From the NCBI GenBank assembly GCA_900754525.1, contig CAAEDE010000037.1, positions 21,245 through 85,244 on the forward strand: a stretch of 64,000 nt of DNA, written 5' to 3'. The stretch comes from an uncultured Collinsella sp. Lineage in GTDB: Bacteria > Actinomycetota > Coriobacteriia > Coriobacteriales > Coriobacteriaceae. This document shows positions 1 to 10,662 of the stretch, one piece after another. The position numbers were made by a program, and so were the translations under genes. How positions within the stretch are numbered: position 1 is the first letter of the stretch; each line of letters begins with the position of its first letter. The notes below the pieces were generated by a model. That model ran no database searches, was not told where the DNA came from, and worked only from the letters and a program-made list of their open reading frames with translations.

Positions 1-385
1 GACACAGCACAGGCGGAACGCCGATGCCACCGGCGACGAGCAGGGCCTTCCTGGTGCCCTCGGGTACCATCCAGCCACGGCCACCGGGGCCCAGCAGGTT
101 AGAGGAGGAGCCAGGGCCCATCTGGGACAAACGACGGGTATCGTCGCCCACGACGGCGTACCACAGCTCGACGGTGCCGGCCTCGGCGTCGGCGCGGTAG
201 TAGCTCAGGGGCACGCGAAGCAGCGAGGACGCATCACCGGGTACGGCGATGTTCACAAACTGACCGGGCTTGAGCGCACTTGCAAGCTTGGGGGCCGAGA
301 TGACGAGCGAGAAGACGCCGTCGGCAATCTCCCGGTTCGAGACGACCTCGAAGTCATGCATGCGTGCAGTGGAAGGTGTGGGCAT
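1..385 (-). CDS. pyrK: Dihydroorotate dehydrogenase B electron-transfer subunit (runs off window start)
   Basis: Manual translation from ATG at 385: MPTPSTARMHDFEVVSNREIADGVFSL...KPGQFVNI...GPGGRGW...LLVAGGIGVPP (FAD/NAD-binding motifs); follows pyrC. Confidence 0.85.
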   Translation of the reverse strand, partial: MPTPSTARMHDFEVVSNREIADGVFSLVISAPKLASALKPGQFVNIAVPGDASSLLRVPLSYYRADAEAGTVELWYAVVGDDTRRLSQMGPGSSSNLLGPGGRGWMVPEGTRKALLVAGGIGVPPVLC

Positions 386-477
386 AAACGCTCCAATCCC
401 CCATGCGGTTGCATGGTCCAAACGAATAGAAAGCGCGGCACCGCAAGGGCGCCGCGCACAAAAGCGATAAGGCTATG

Positions 478-1750
478 CTAGCAGATGCAACCGTCGGCAA
501 GCGTCTGTTTACCGCCGACAAATACATCGGTGGCACGACCGGTGAGCGTGCGGCCGGCAAAACCGGAGTTCTCGGCGCGCGACTCGTAACCGTCCTCGCC
601 AACCGTCCAGGTTGCGGAGGGGTCGAACACGGTCAGGTCGGCAACGGATCCCGCCTTGACCTGAACCTGGTCGAGACCCAGGATCTCACGCGGTTTGATG
701 GCCATGAGCTCGACCATGCGGCCCATGCTCATCTTGCCCGTGTTGACCAGCTCGGTGAGCACGAGCGACAGCGAGGTCTCGAGGCCGATCATGCCAAAGG
801 GCGCCAGCTCGAACTCGCGGGCCTTCTCCCACGGGGTGTGCGGAGCGTGATCGGTAACGATCACGTCGACGGTACCGTCGATGACGCCCTGACGAATGGC
901 CTCGGCGTCCTCGTCGGTGCGCAGCGGCGGATTGACCTTGAGCGAGGTGTTGTAGGTCTCGTCCAAGTCGTTCTCGGTCAGGAACATGTGGTGCGGGGTG
1001 GCCTCGCAGGTCACCTGGACACCGGCGGCCTTACCGGCACGCACGAGCTCGAGACCGTGAGCGGTGGAGATGTGCTGGATGTGCAGCTTGGCACCGGTCA
1101 GCTTGGCGATCTCGATGTCGCGGGCGATCTGAAGCTCCTCGCCGGCGGCCGGCCAGCCCTCGAGGGCCAGACGGGTCGAGACCTTGCCCTCGTTGATCTG
1201 GCCGTGGCCGACCAGGTCCTCGTCCTGGCAGTGGCTCATGAAGACCTTGCCGAACATCTTGCCGTAGTCCATGCAGCGACGGAGCATGCCCGCGCCCTGC
1301 ACGCCGCGACCGTCATCGGTGAAGGCGACGGCGCCGTGGGCGACCATATCGCCCATCTCGGACATGGCCTCGCCCTTAAGACCGCGGGTCATGGCGCCCG
1401 ACGGATAGACGCGGCAGTGGCCGACCTCGGCAGCGCGGGACTTGACGAACTCCACGACGGTACCGTTATCGGTGACGGGATCGGTGTTGGGCATGGAGCA
1501 CACGCCGGTAAAGCCGCCCTTTGCAGCTGCGCGGGTGCCGCTCTCGATGTCCTCTTTGACCTCGTAGCCGGGCTCGCGAAGGTGAACGTGCATATCCACC
1601 AGGCCGGGGACGAGGTACTTGCCGGAAAGGTCGCGGACCTCGGCTCCCTCGACGGCGAGATTCTCGCCGACCTCGGCGATCTTGTCGTCGTCAATCAGGA
1701 CGTCAACGACACCGTCAAGCTCGACGGACGGGTCGACGACGTGGGCATTC

Positions 1751-1767
<17 letters not shown>
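478..1767 (-). CDS. pyrC: Dihydroorotase
   Basis: DMHVHLREPG, MPNT, KVNPPLR, TDHAPH motifs. Confidence 0.95.
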
Positions 1768-3296
<1,529 letters not shown>

Positions 3297-3323
3297 TCAC
3301 ATGTCTTGACTGCTGACACAGTC

Positions 3324-3413
3324 AAAAAAATAGATGCCCGACCGCTCAAAGCGGACCAGACACCCACAAGGAAGGGCTGCTCTTTGGCAGCTATGTAATT
3401 CCATGTGGGTATC
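3324..3413 (-). promoter_or_regulatory. pyr operon leader attenuator (terminator plus competing antiterminator)
   Basis: Hairpin 3332-3364 followed by a U7 tract on the minus strand; 3404-3413 is complementary to 3359-3368, overlapping the terminator 5' arm. Confidence 0.65.
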
Positions 3414-3736
3414 TCGTACCCCTTTAATGGTCAAGGGATAGTGTAGCCAACCTCGAGCTTAATTGCGAGCATAAATACAGAGCAATCCGTAAACGGAGCC
3501 CAACGCTCAATAAACCTATATATATTTGTGGGACGAGCTTGAAAACGCACGCACGAGCTGGCATAATCCCCTCTGCTGCACGCAAATCGGATCTACGTCC
3601 AGGGCCGTAGCGTGGGCACTATCGCCAAAAGAGGAATATCTCTGTGTAGATTGCGCACAGGGAGCGACTTCTGTGCTATAGTTCAGGCTTGTTTGTTAAC
3701 GCGACATGTTCGTTTGTCGCCCAAGGAGGGTCAGTT

Positions 3737-3925
3737 ATGTCCAAAGTTTGCGAAGTTTGCGGTAAGCACCCCGTTGCCGGTCGCTCCATCAGCCACTCTC
3801 ACCGCGTCACCAACCGTAAGTTCCGCCCCAACATCCAGCGCGTCTACGTCGTCGTCGATGGTCACCGTCGCAAGATGAACGTTTGCTCCACCTGCCTCAA
3901 GTCCGGCAAGGTTGCGCGCTCCTAA
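3737..3925 (+). CDS. rpmB: 50S ribosomal protein L28 (Cys-containing form)
   Basis: MSKVCEVCGK...RKFRPNIQ...VCSTCLKSGKV; AGGAGG SD upstream. Confidence 0.97.
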   Translation: MSKVCEVCGKHPVAGRSISHSHRVTNRKFRPNIQRVYVVVDGHRRKMNVCSTCLKSGKVARS

Positions 3926-3993
3926 ATAAGGTCTTACCAACAAGTACCTCGGACTCTCCGGGTCAAAGACCTCGCGTTCATATAGAACTTACC

Positions 3994-4026
3994 AAAGGCG
4001 CCCTCCCCTACGGAGGGCGCCTTTTT
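3994..4026 (+). terminator. Intrinsic terminator after rpmB
   Basis: aaaggcgccctcc-ccta-cggagggcgccttttt hairpin with U tract. Confidence 0.85.
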
Positions 4027-4027
4027 G

Positions 4028-4093
4028 CACTCATTGGGGACAGACTTACATGAGTGCTTTCACGCATTGGGGACAGACTTAGATGAGTGCTTT
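4028..4093 (+). repeat. Two tandem 33-bp REP-like palindromic units
   Basis: cactcattggggacagacttacatgagtgcttt / cacgcattggggacagacttagatgagtgcttt; arms cactcat...atgagtg. Confidence 0.9.
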
Positions 4094-4151
4094 CCAAAGC
4101 TCACAGTGCATCGACGAACTCACGGCGCTTCGATCGTCACCAGTACGTGCC

Positions 4152-4928
4152 TCACGCCGCCTCGTTCCAGCCCGCGGTGGCCTTGGTTACGCTTGTAGCG
4201 CCGATGCCGGTGATACGGGCAATTTGCTTGACCGTGAGATGTGCCCGCCTGAGCCTCAGCAGACAGGCATCGCGTTCCGGGCGCGGCAGGGCCTTGAGCA
4301 GCGCAGGATCTATGCTCGGCAGGACTTCGTGCGCAATGGAAAGGGCCTCCTCATCGGGGATCCGCCGGCGTGGAAGAACCTCCACTGACCAAGTGCGCCC
4401 GGCAACTTCCTCGAGATGCTCGCAATAGCAACGGGAGCCTCCGACGATATCGAGCATAGGAGCCGCGTCACAGATGTCAAAGGGATCATAGCCCAGCTGA
4501 TATGCCTTGTAGCTTGACCAGCGGTACGCCTCGAGCGAGTCGAGCGCACCTTTCACGGGATTGAGATGGATATAATCGAGCAGCTGTACCGCCTGCGTGT
4601 CCGACTCAACCGCGACCCGTGAATAGCGATTGTCAAACAGATGGCCTGTTCTCCCCGTTTTCCCATTGAAATACTTGGCATACGCCGTCAGCGCACACTG
4701 CATTGCCTTTGAAAGATTGTCAAATGGGTCATCAACCATCAAATGGAAGTGGTTGTCCATAAGGCACCAAGCCAACACCGCCACTTTATGGCGCGCGAAC
4801 CTGTCCGAGATGTCCGATAAGAAACGATATCGGTCAGAGTCATCTTCAAAAATAATCTGTTTAGAGTTACCACGGTCAAAGACGTGGTAATAACCGGTGA
4901 GCGAAACGGCGCGGGCACATCGAGGCAT
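4152..4928 (-). CDS. REP-associated tyrosine transposase (IS200-like Y1 HUH domain plus C-terminal HTH)
   Basis: YHVFDRGN, WCLMDNHFHL (HUH), GHLFDNRY, YIHLNP (catalytic Tyr), RWSSY; C-terminal LTVKQIARITGIG HTH. Confidence 0.92.
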   Translation of the reverse strand: MPRCARAVSLTGYYHVFDRGNSKQIIFEDDSDRYRFLSDISDRFARHKVAVLAWCLMDNHFHLMVDDPFDNLSKAMQCALTAYAKYFNGKTGRTGHLFDNRYSRVAVESDTQAVQLLDYIHLNPVKGALDSLEAYRWSSYKAYQLGYDPFDICDAAPMLDIVGGSRCYCEHLEEVAGRTWSVEVLPRRRIPDEEALSIAHEVLPSIDPALLKALPRPERDACLLRLRRAHLTVKQIARITGIGATSVTKATAGWNEAA

Positions 4929-5059
4929 AATCTCTCCTTTCAAAAACTGAACAGGCAACACCTAAAAGGAGAGAAGGAACGCGAAATGCTGAGCCTGTGA
5001 TCTATATATATCCAATGAACGGCAAAAACAGGCCCAGAACGGCAAAATGGCAAAACGAT

Positions 5060-5110
5060 GTCTGTCCCAAATGAGTGAAAGCACTCATGTAAGTCTGTCC
5101 CCAATGAGCG
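5060..5110 (-). repeat. One and a half copies of the 33-bp REP-like unit, inverted relative to 4028-4093
   Basis: gtctgtcccaaatgagtg + aaagcactcatgtaagtctgtccccaatgagcg. Confidence 0.9.
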
Positions 5111-5137
5111 GGGCGATGCATTGGGCATAGTTTTAGT

Positions 5138-5167
5138 TGAAACGGTTCATTTGATTGAAGCGTTTTA
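5138..5167. promoter_or_regulatory. Two LacI/cre-like operator palindromes upstream of adhE
   Basis: TGAAACGGTTCA (5138-5149) and TGAAGCGTTTTA (5156-5167), each with a central CG. Confidence 0.5.
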
Positions 5168-5259
5168 GTTTGTCTTTTACGGGAATCTGACCGTTCACCG
5201 AATTATTTCTTGCTATCATGCATCTTGTAGGGTAAATCTCCGATCGCAAGGAGACACAA

Positions 5260-7908
5260 ATGGTGAAAAAGTCACCGGAAAACACTACTCCCGCAATTGT
5301 GGACAACGTAGAGGCGCTTGAGGCTAAGCTCGCTCAGATGCGAGAGGCCCAGGCGCTTTTTGCTACGTACACGCAGGAGCAGGTCGACAAGATCTTCTAT
5401 GAGGCCGCCATGGCCGCCAACAAGGCTCGTATCCCGTTGGCGAAGTTGGCCATCGAGGAGACCGGCCGCGGCGTTCTTGAGGACAAGGTCATCAAGAACC
5501 ACTACGCCGCAGAGTACATTTACAACGCTTACAAGAACACCAAGACCTGTGGTGTCCTGGAGCGCGACGAGGCTTACGGCATCACCAAGATCGCCGAGCC
5601 CATCGGCATCGTGGGCGCCGTCATCCCGACGACCAACCCCACCTCCACCGCGATCTTCAAGACGCTGATCTGCCTGAAGACCCGCAACGCCATCATCATC
5701 TCCCCGCACCCGGCAGCCGCCAAGTGCACCATCGCCGCCGCCAAGCTCGTGCTTGACGCTGCCGTCAAGGCCGGCGCCCCCGAGGGCATCATCGGCTGGG
5801 TCGATGTCCCCTCCATCGAGCTGACCAACATGGTCATGCGCGACGTCGACATCATCCTCGCCACCGGTGGCCCGGGCATGGTCAAGGCCGCCTACTCCTC
5901 GGGCAAGCCCGCCCTGGGCGTTGGCGCCGGTAACACCCCGGTCGTCATCGACGACACCGCCGACGTGCTGCTCGCCGTCAACTCCATCATCCACTCCAAG
6001 ACCTTCGACAACGGCATGATCTGCGCTTCCGAGCAGTCCGTGACCGTCATCGACACCATCTATGACCGGGTCAAGGCCGAGTTCCAGAAGCGCGGCTGCT
6101 ACTTCGTCAAGCAGGGTGCCGAGATGGAGGCCCTGCGTGCCGCCATGTTCAAGAACGGCGCCCTCGATCACCGCATCCCCGGCATGGCTGCCGCCAAGAT
6201 CGCCGAGCTCGCCGGCATCGAGGTTCCCGCCAAGACCAAGATCCTGATCGCCGAGGTCACCTCCACCGACCCCGCCAAGGAGGAGTTCTCCCACGAGAAG
6301 CTCTCCCCGGTCCTGGCCATGTACCACGCCAAGGACTTCCAGGAGGCCGTCGACAAGGCTGAGCACCTGGTGCTCGCCGGTGGCCCGGGCCACACCGCCT
6401 CTCTGTACGTGCACCCCGCCCAGGCCGAGAAGATCAGCCTGTTCGAGCACGTCATGAAGGCCTGCCGTATCGTCATCAACACCCCGTCCTCGCACGGTGG
6501 CATCGGTGACCTGTACAACTTTGGCATGAAGCCGTCTCTGACCCTGGGCTGCGGCTCCTGGGGCGGCAACTCCGTCTCCGAGAACGTTGGGGTGAAGCAC
6601 TTGATCAACGTTAAGACTGTGGCCGAGCGCCGTGAGAACATGCTGTGGTTCCGCGCTCCCGAGAAGGTCTACTTCAAGAAGGGTTCCACGCCCGTCGCCC
6701 TCGACGAGCTTGGCAACGTCATGGGCAAGAAGCGCGCCTTCATCGTCACCGACCAGTTCCTCTTCAAGAATGGCAACACCCGCGCCATCGAGGCCAAGCT
6801 CGACGAGATGGGCATCGCCCACGACTGCTTCTACGACGTCGAGCCCGATCCGTCGCTGCAGTGCGCACGTCGCGGCGCCAAGCAGATGGCTCTCTTTGAG
6901 CCGGACGTCATCATCGCCGTCGGCGGTGGCTCCGCTATGGACGCCGGCAAGATCATGTGGATGATGTACGAGCACCCCGAGTGCAAGTTTGAGGACATGG
7001 CCATGGACTTCATGGACATCCGCAAGCGTATCTTCACCTTCCCCGAGATGGGCAAGAAGGCCTACTTCGTCGCCGTCCCGACCTCTTCGGGTACCGGCTC
7101 CGAGTGCACGCCGTTCGCCATCATCACCGACAAGGAGACCGGCATCAAGTGGCCGCTCGCCGACTACGCGCTGCTCCCCAACATGGCTATCGTCGACGCC
7201 GACAACTGCATGACCGCCCCGCGCGGCCTGACCGCTGCCTCCGGCATCGACGTCATGACCCACGCCATCGAGTCCTACGTCTCCATCATGGCTTCCGACT
7301 ACACCAAGGGCCTCTCCGAGCGCGCTGCTAAGCTCGTCTTCGAGAACCTGCCCTCCAGCTTCACGAACGGCGCCAAGGACCCGCACGCCCGCGAGGAGAT
7401 GCACAACGCCTCCTGCATGGCCGGTATGGCCTTCGCCAACGCCTTCCTGGGCCTCAACCACTCCATGGCCCACAAGCTCGGCGCTTTCCATCACCTGCCC
7501 CACGGCCTCGCCAACGCCGTCATCCTGACTCGCGTCATGCGCTACAACGCCGCCGAGGCTCCCGTCAAGATGGGTACCTTCTCCCAGTATCCTTACCCCA
7601 ACGCACTGCACAACTACGCCGAGATGGCCAAGTACTGCGGCATCGAGGGCAAGGACGACAAGGAGGTCTTCGAGAACTTCATCACGAAGCTCGAGGAGCT
7701 CAAGGACTTCATCGGCGTCAAGAAGACCATCGCCGACTACGGTGTTGACGAGCAGTACTTCCTCGACACCCTCGACGAGATGACCGAGCAGGCATTCAAC
7801 GACCAGTGCACCGGCGCTAACCCGCGCTACCCGCTCATGAGCGAGATCAAGGAGCTCTACCTGGACGCCTACTACGGCCGCGAGCCCCAGGACTACGCCG
7901 TCTGCTAG
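5260..7908 (+). CDS. adhE: Bifunctional acetaldehyde-CoA/alcohol dehydrogenase
   Basis: ALDH domain (PTTNPTST, ATGGPGMV, ICASEQ), RRENMLWF linker, Fe-ADH domain (GGGSAMDAGK, HSMAHKLG, HGLAN). Confidence 0.98.
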   Translation: MVKKSPENTTPAIVDNVEALEAKLAQMREAQALFATYTQEQVDKIFYEAAMAANKARIPLAKLAIEETGRGVLEDKVIKNHYAAEYIYNAYKNTKTCGVLERDEAYGITKIAEPIGIVGAVIPTTNPTSTAIFKTLICLKTRNAIIISPHPAAAKCTIAAAKLVLDAAVKAGAPEGIIGWVDVPSIELTNMVMRDVDIILATGGPGMVKAAYSSGKPALGVGAGNTPVVIDDTADVLLAVNSIIHSKTFDNGMICASEQSVTVIDTIYDRVKAEFQKRGCYFVKQGAEMEALRAAMFKNGALDHRIPGMAAAKIAELAGIEVPAKTKILIAEVTSTDPAKEEFSHEKLSPVLAMYHAKDFQEAVDKAEHLVLAGGPGHTASLYVHPAQAEKISLFEHVMKACRIVINTPSSHGGIGDLYNFGMKPSLTLGCGSWGGNSVSENVGVKHLINVKTVAERRENMLWFRAPEKVYFKKGSTPVALDELGNVMGKKRAFIVTDQFLFKNGNTRAIEAKLDEMGIAHDCFYDVEPDPSLQCARRGAKQMALFEPDVIIAVGGGSAMDAGKIMWMMYEHPECKFEDMAMDFMDIRKRIFTFPEMGKKAYFVAVPTSSGTGSECTPFAIITDKETGIKWPLADYALLPNMAIVDADNCMTAPRGLTAASGIDVMTHAIESYVSIMASDYTKGLSERAAKLVFENLPSSFTNGAKDPHAREEMHNASCMAGMAFANAFLGLNHSMAHKLGAFHHLPHGLANAVILTRVMRYNAAEAPVKMGTFSQYPYPNALHNYAEMAKYCGIEGKDDKEVFENFITKLEELKDFIGVKKTIADYGVDEQYFLDTLDEMTEQAFNDQCTGANPRYPLMSEIKELYLDAYYGREPQDYAVC

Positions 7909-7995
7909 TTTTAGCACGGTTATTTGCGGCGGGGGTGCACGGGTGTACGCACGCCCCCGCCGTTGCTTCTATCGCATCGTTGAAAGGATGCAATC

Positions 7996-8760
7996 ATGCT
8001 GCTCCCCGATTCCAAGACCGAGCTCGTCCGTCGCGGCAACAAGGTCGTTTACGACCTGGGCGACAAGATCGTCAAGGTCTTTAACGAGACCAAGCCCGTC
8101 TCCGACGTGTTCAACGAGGCTTTGAATCTTGCCCGCATCAATGAGTGCGGCATCCGCAGCCCCAAGGCTCTCGAGGTTTCCCAGCTCGAGAACGCCAACG
8201 GCTGGGCGCTCGTGACCGAGAAGGTTCCGGGCACCACCCTTGCCGAGAAGATGACTGCCGAGCCCCAGCGCTTTGGTGAGTACCTCGAGATGTTCGTCGA
8301 TCTCCAGATCGAGATCCACGGCTACACCTCCCCGCTGCTCAACCGTCAGCGCGACAAGTTCGCCCGCATGATCGACAGCCTTGATCAGCTCAATGCCACC
8401 ACGCGCTACAACCTTCAGGAGCGTCTGGACGGCATGACCAAGGAGTTCAAGGTCTGCCACGGCGACTTCAACCCCTCCAACGTCATCGTCGGCGACGACG
8501 GCCAGCTCTATGTGTGCGACTGGGCACACGCCACCCAGGGCTCCCCTGCTGCCGACGTTGCCACCACCTACCTGCTCTTCGCCCTCAACAGCAAGGACCA
8601 GGCCGAGGCCTACCTGGAGCTCTACTGCGACCGCGCCGACATGCCCATGCAGGTCGTGCGTCAGTGGACGAGCATCGTCGCCGCTTCCGAGCTCGCTCGT
8701 AAGCGCAACGTGAACGATGAGTTCCTGAAGAACTGGATCGACGTCGTCGATTATCAGTAA
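7996..8760 (+). CDS. APH/choline-kinase-like phosphotransferase
   Basis: N-lobe VKVF lysine, Brenner motif CHGDFNPSNV, CDW metal-binding motif. Confidence 0.85.
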   Translation: MLLPDSKTELVRRGNKVVYDLGDKIVKVFNETKPVSDVFNEALNLARINECGIRSPKALEVSQLENANGWALVTEKVPGTTLAEKMTAEPQRFGEYLEMFVDLQIEIHGYTSPLLNRQRDKFARMIDSLDQLNATTRYNLQERLDGMTKEFKVCHGDFNPSNVIVGDDGQLYVCDWAHATQGSPAADVATTYLLFALNSKDQAEAYLELYCDRADMPMQVVRQWTSIVAASELARKRNVNDEFLKNWIDVVDYQ

Positions 8761-8794
8761 TATCTGAGCGATTTATTTCGCATCGGAGGCACTA

Positions 8795-8835
8795 AGGAAA
8801 CCCCGCAGCTCGCATGGGCTGCGGGGTTTCCTTTT
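8795..8835 (+). terminator. Intrinsic terminator of the adhE-kinase unit
   Basis: aggaaaccccgcagct...gggctgcggggtttcctttt. Confidence 0.85.
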
Positions 8836-8859
8836 AACACTTGAGCGTGCCGACAAGAT

Positions 8860-8910
8860 AAAAGGACGGCCCCTGCATCTCCCCGATCTGGAGAAATGCA
8901 GGGGCCGTCC
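8860..8910 (-). terminator. Intrinsic terminator after proS
   Basis: ggacggcccctgcat...atgcaggggccgtcc with an A-run on the left (U tract on minus). Confidence 0.75.
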
Positions 8911-8940
8911 CGTATATCGAACTACAAGCGAAATCGCCGA

Positions 8941-10662
8941 TTAACGGCGGGCCGCCTTCACAAGCTCGGCAACCTTGGTGACGACCTCGTCGATCGCCAC
9001 GTCCTCGCGCTCGCCCGTGGCACGGTCCTTGAGCTCGACGGTGCCGTTCTTAAGGCCACGCTTGCCGAGCACCACCTGATACGGGAAGCCCATAAGGTCG
9101 TTGTCGGCAAACTTAAAGCCGGGACGCTCATCGCGATCGTCGACGACAACCTCGATACCCTCGGCGCACAGGCCATCAACGATCTGCTCGCAGACGGAAG
9201 CGCACTCCTCCTTCTTGGGGTCGAGCGGAATCACCGCAACCTCGTACGGGGCAACGGAGACCGGCCAGACGATGCCGTGCTCGTCGTTGTGCTGCTCCAC
9301 GACGGCAGCGAGCGAGCGAGAAACGCCCACGCCGTAGCAACCCATGATAAGCGGCTTCTCCTTGCCGTCCTCATCCATAAAGGTGGCACCCATGGCCTCG
9401 GAGTACTTGGTGCCCAGCTGGAAGACCTGGGAAACCTCGATGCCGCGAGCAGCAGAGAGCGGCTTGCCGCAGTGCGGGCAAGGATCGCCGGCAACGACGG
9501 TGACCAGGTCGGCCCACTCGTCGACGGTAAAGTCGCGCTCGGGGCAGGCACCGGTAAAGTGATAATCGACCTCGTTGGCACCGCAGGCCCACTGCTTGGA
9601 CTCGCGCAGGCTCTCGTCGCACACCAGACGGATGCCCTCGGGCAGGTTGACCGGTCCGATAAAGCCCTTGTGCAGGCCGTTCGCCTGAAGCTCCTCATCG
9701 GTCATCATGCGATAGCCCTTGCCAAAGACATGCTCGGCCTTGCAGTCGTTGAGTTCATGATCGCCCGGAACGATGGCCACGACAGGCTTGCCCTCAGCGT
9801 CGATGAGTGCCAGCGACTTGCGCGTGCCGTTCTCGGGGAAGCCGAAGAACTTTGCAACGGCCTCGATGGTGCCCATACCCGGAGTCTCGACCTTGGTAAG
9901 CGTACTGTCGCCAGGACCCTCGGTCACAACGACCTTGGTACTTGCGGCCTCGTCATCGGCAGCAAAGCCGCACTCGTCGCAGTAGACGAGCGAGGCCTCA
10001 CCGGCGTCGGCCAAAGCCATGTACTCGACGGAGGTGTCGCCACCGATCTCGCCGGAGTCGGCGACAACGGGCAGAGCCTTGATGTAGCAGCGCTCGCAGA
10101 TGTTGGCGTAGGCCTGCTTCATCTTGTCGTACTCCTCCTGCAGACTCTCCTGCGTGGCAGAGAAGCTGTAGGCGTCCTTCATGATGAACTCGCGACCGCG
10201 CATCAGGCCAAAGCGGGGACGGAACTCGTCGCGGAACTTGTCCTGGATGTGGTAGAGGTTAACGGGCAGTTGCTTGTAGGAACGCAGCTCATTGCGAACC
10301 AGGGCGGTCACGGTCTCCTCGTGCGTGGGGCCCAGCACGAACTCGCGGCCGTGGCGGTCATCGAAGCGCACGAGTTCCTTGCCATAGGCGTCGATGCGGC
10401 CGGACTCGCGCCATAGCTCAGCGTCGACCATAATGGGCATCATGAGCTCCTGGGCACCGGCGGCATCCATCTCGTCGCGCACGATGTTCTCGATCTTGCG
10501 AATCGAGCGCCATGCGAGCGGCAGGTAGGAATACAGACCGGCGGCCTCCTTGCGGATCATGCCGGCACGGAGCAGCAGGCGGTGGCTGGCGAGCTCAGCG
10601 TCCGCCGGATCCTCTTTAAGCGTCGGCGCATAGAGCTTAGACATATACATTGCTCGGATCAT
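8941..10662 (-). CDS. proS: Proline--tRNA ligase (bacterial type with editing insert)
   Basis: LGPTHEE, KFRDEFRPRFGLMRGREF, MGCYGVGVSR, anticodon-binding domain. Confidence 0.97.
   Translation of the reverse strand: MIRAMYMSKLYAPTLKEDPADAELASHRLLLRAGMIRKEAAGLYSYLPLAWRSIRKIENIVRDEMDAAGAQELMMPIMVDAELWRESGRIDAYGKELVRFDDRHGREFVLGPTHEETVTALVRNELRSYKQLPVNLYHIQDKFRDEFRPRFGLMRGREFIMKDAYSFSATQESLQEEYDKMKQAYANICERCYIKALPVVADSGEIGGDTSVEYMALADAGEASLVYCDECGFAADDEAASTKVVVTEGPGDSTLTKVETPGMGTIEAVAKFFGFPENGTRKSLALIDAEGKPVVAIVPGDHELNDCKAEHVFGKGYRMMTDEELQANGLHKGFIGPVNLPEGIRLVCDESLRESKQWACGANEVDYHFTGACPERDFTVDEWADLVTVVAGDPCPHCGKPLSAARGIEVSQVFQLGTKYSEAMGATFMDEDGKEKPLIMGCYGVGVSRSLAAVVEQHNDEHGIVWPVSVAPYEVAVIPLDPKKEECASVCEQIVDGLCAEGIEVVVDDRDERPGFKFADNDLMGFPYQVVLGKRGLKNGTVELKDRATGEREDVAIDEVVTKVAELVKAARR

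Larger units (their letters stand above)
4028..5110 (-). mobile_element. RAYT/REP-associated Y1 (HUH) transposase locus bounded by inverted repeat arrays
   Basis: Transposase CDS flanked by about 50-bp near-perfect inverted repeats (4028-4078 vs 5060-5110); no target-site duplication seen. Confidence 0.8.

Noticed and set aside
4028..4093. 33-bp repeats as a mini CRISPR array
   Set aside because: Units are directly adjacent with no spacers, occur inverted on the other side of a transposase, and there are no cas genes.
5272..7917. 881-aa antisense ORF opposite adhE (likewise 475-1800, 8896-10416, 26256-28193, 29972-32251, 37237-39867, 57248-59263)
   Set aside because: Shadow ORFs caused by GC3 bias of the real genes; no recognisable motifs or SD.
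7996..8760. Aminoglycoside resistance gene
   Set aside because: Only the generic kinase fold motifs are present; core-like codon usage and adhE linkage argue against acquired resistance.
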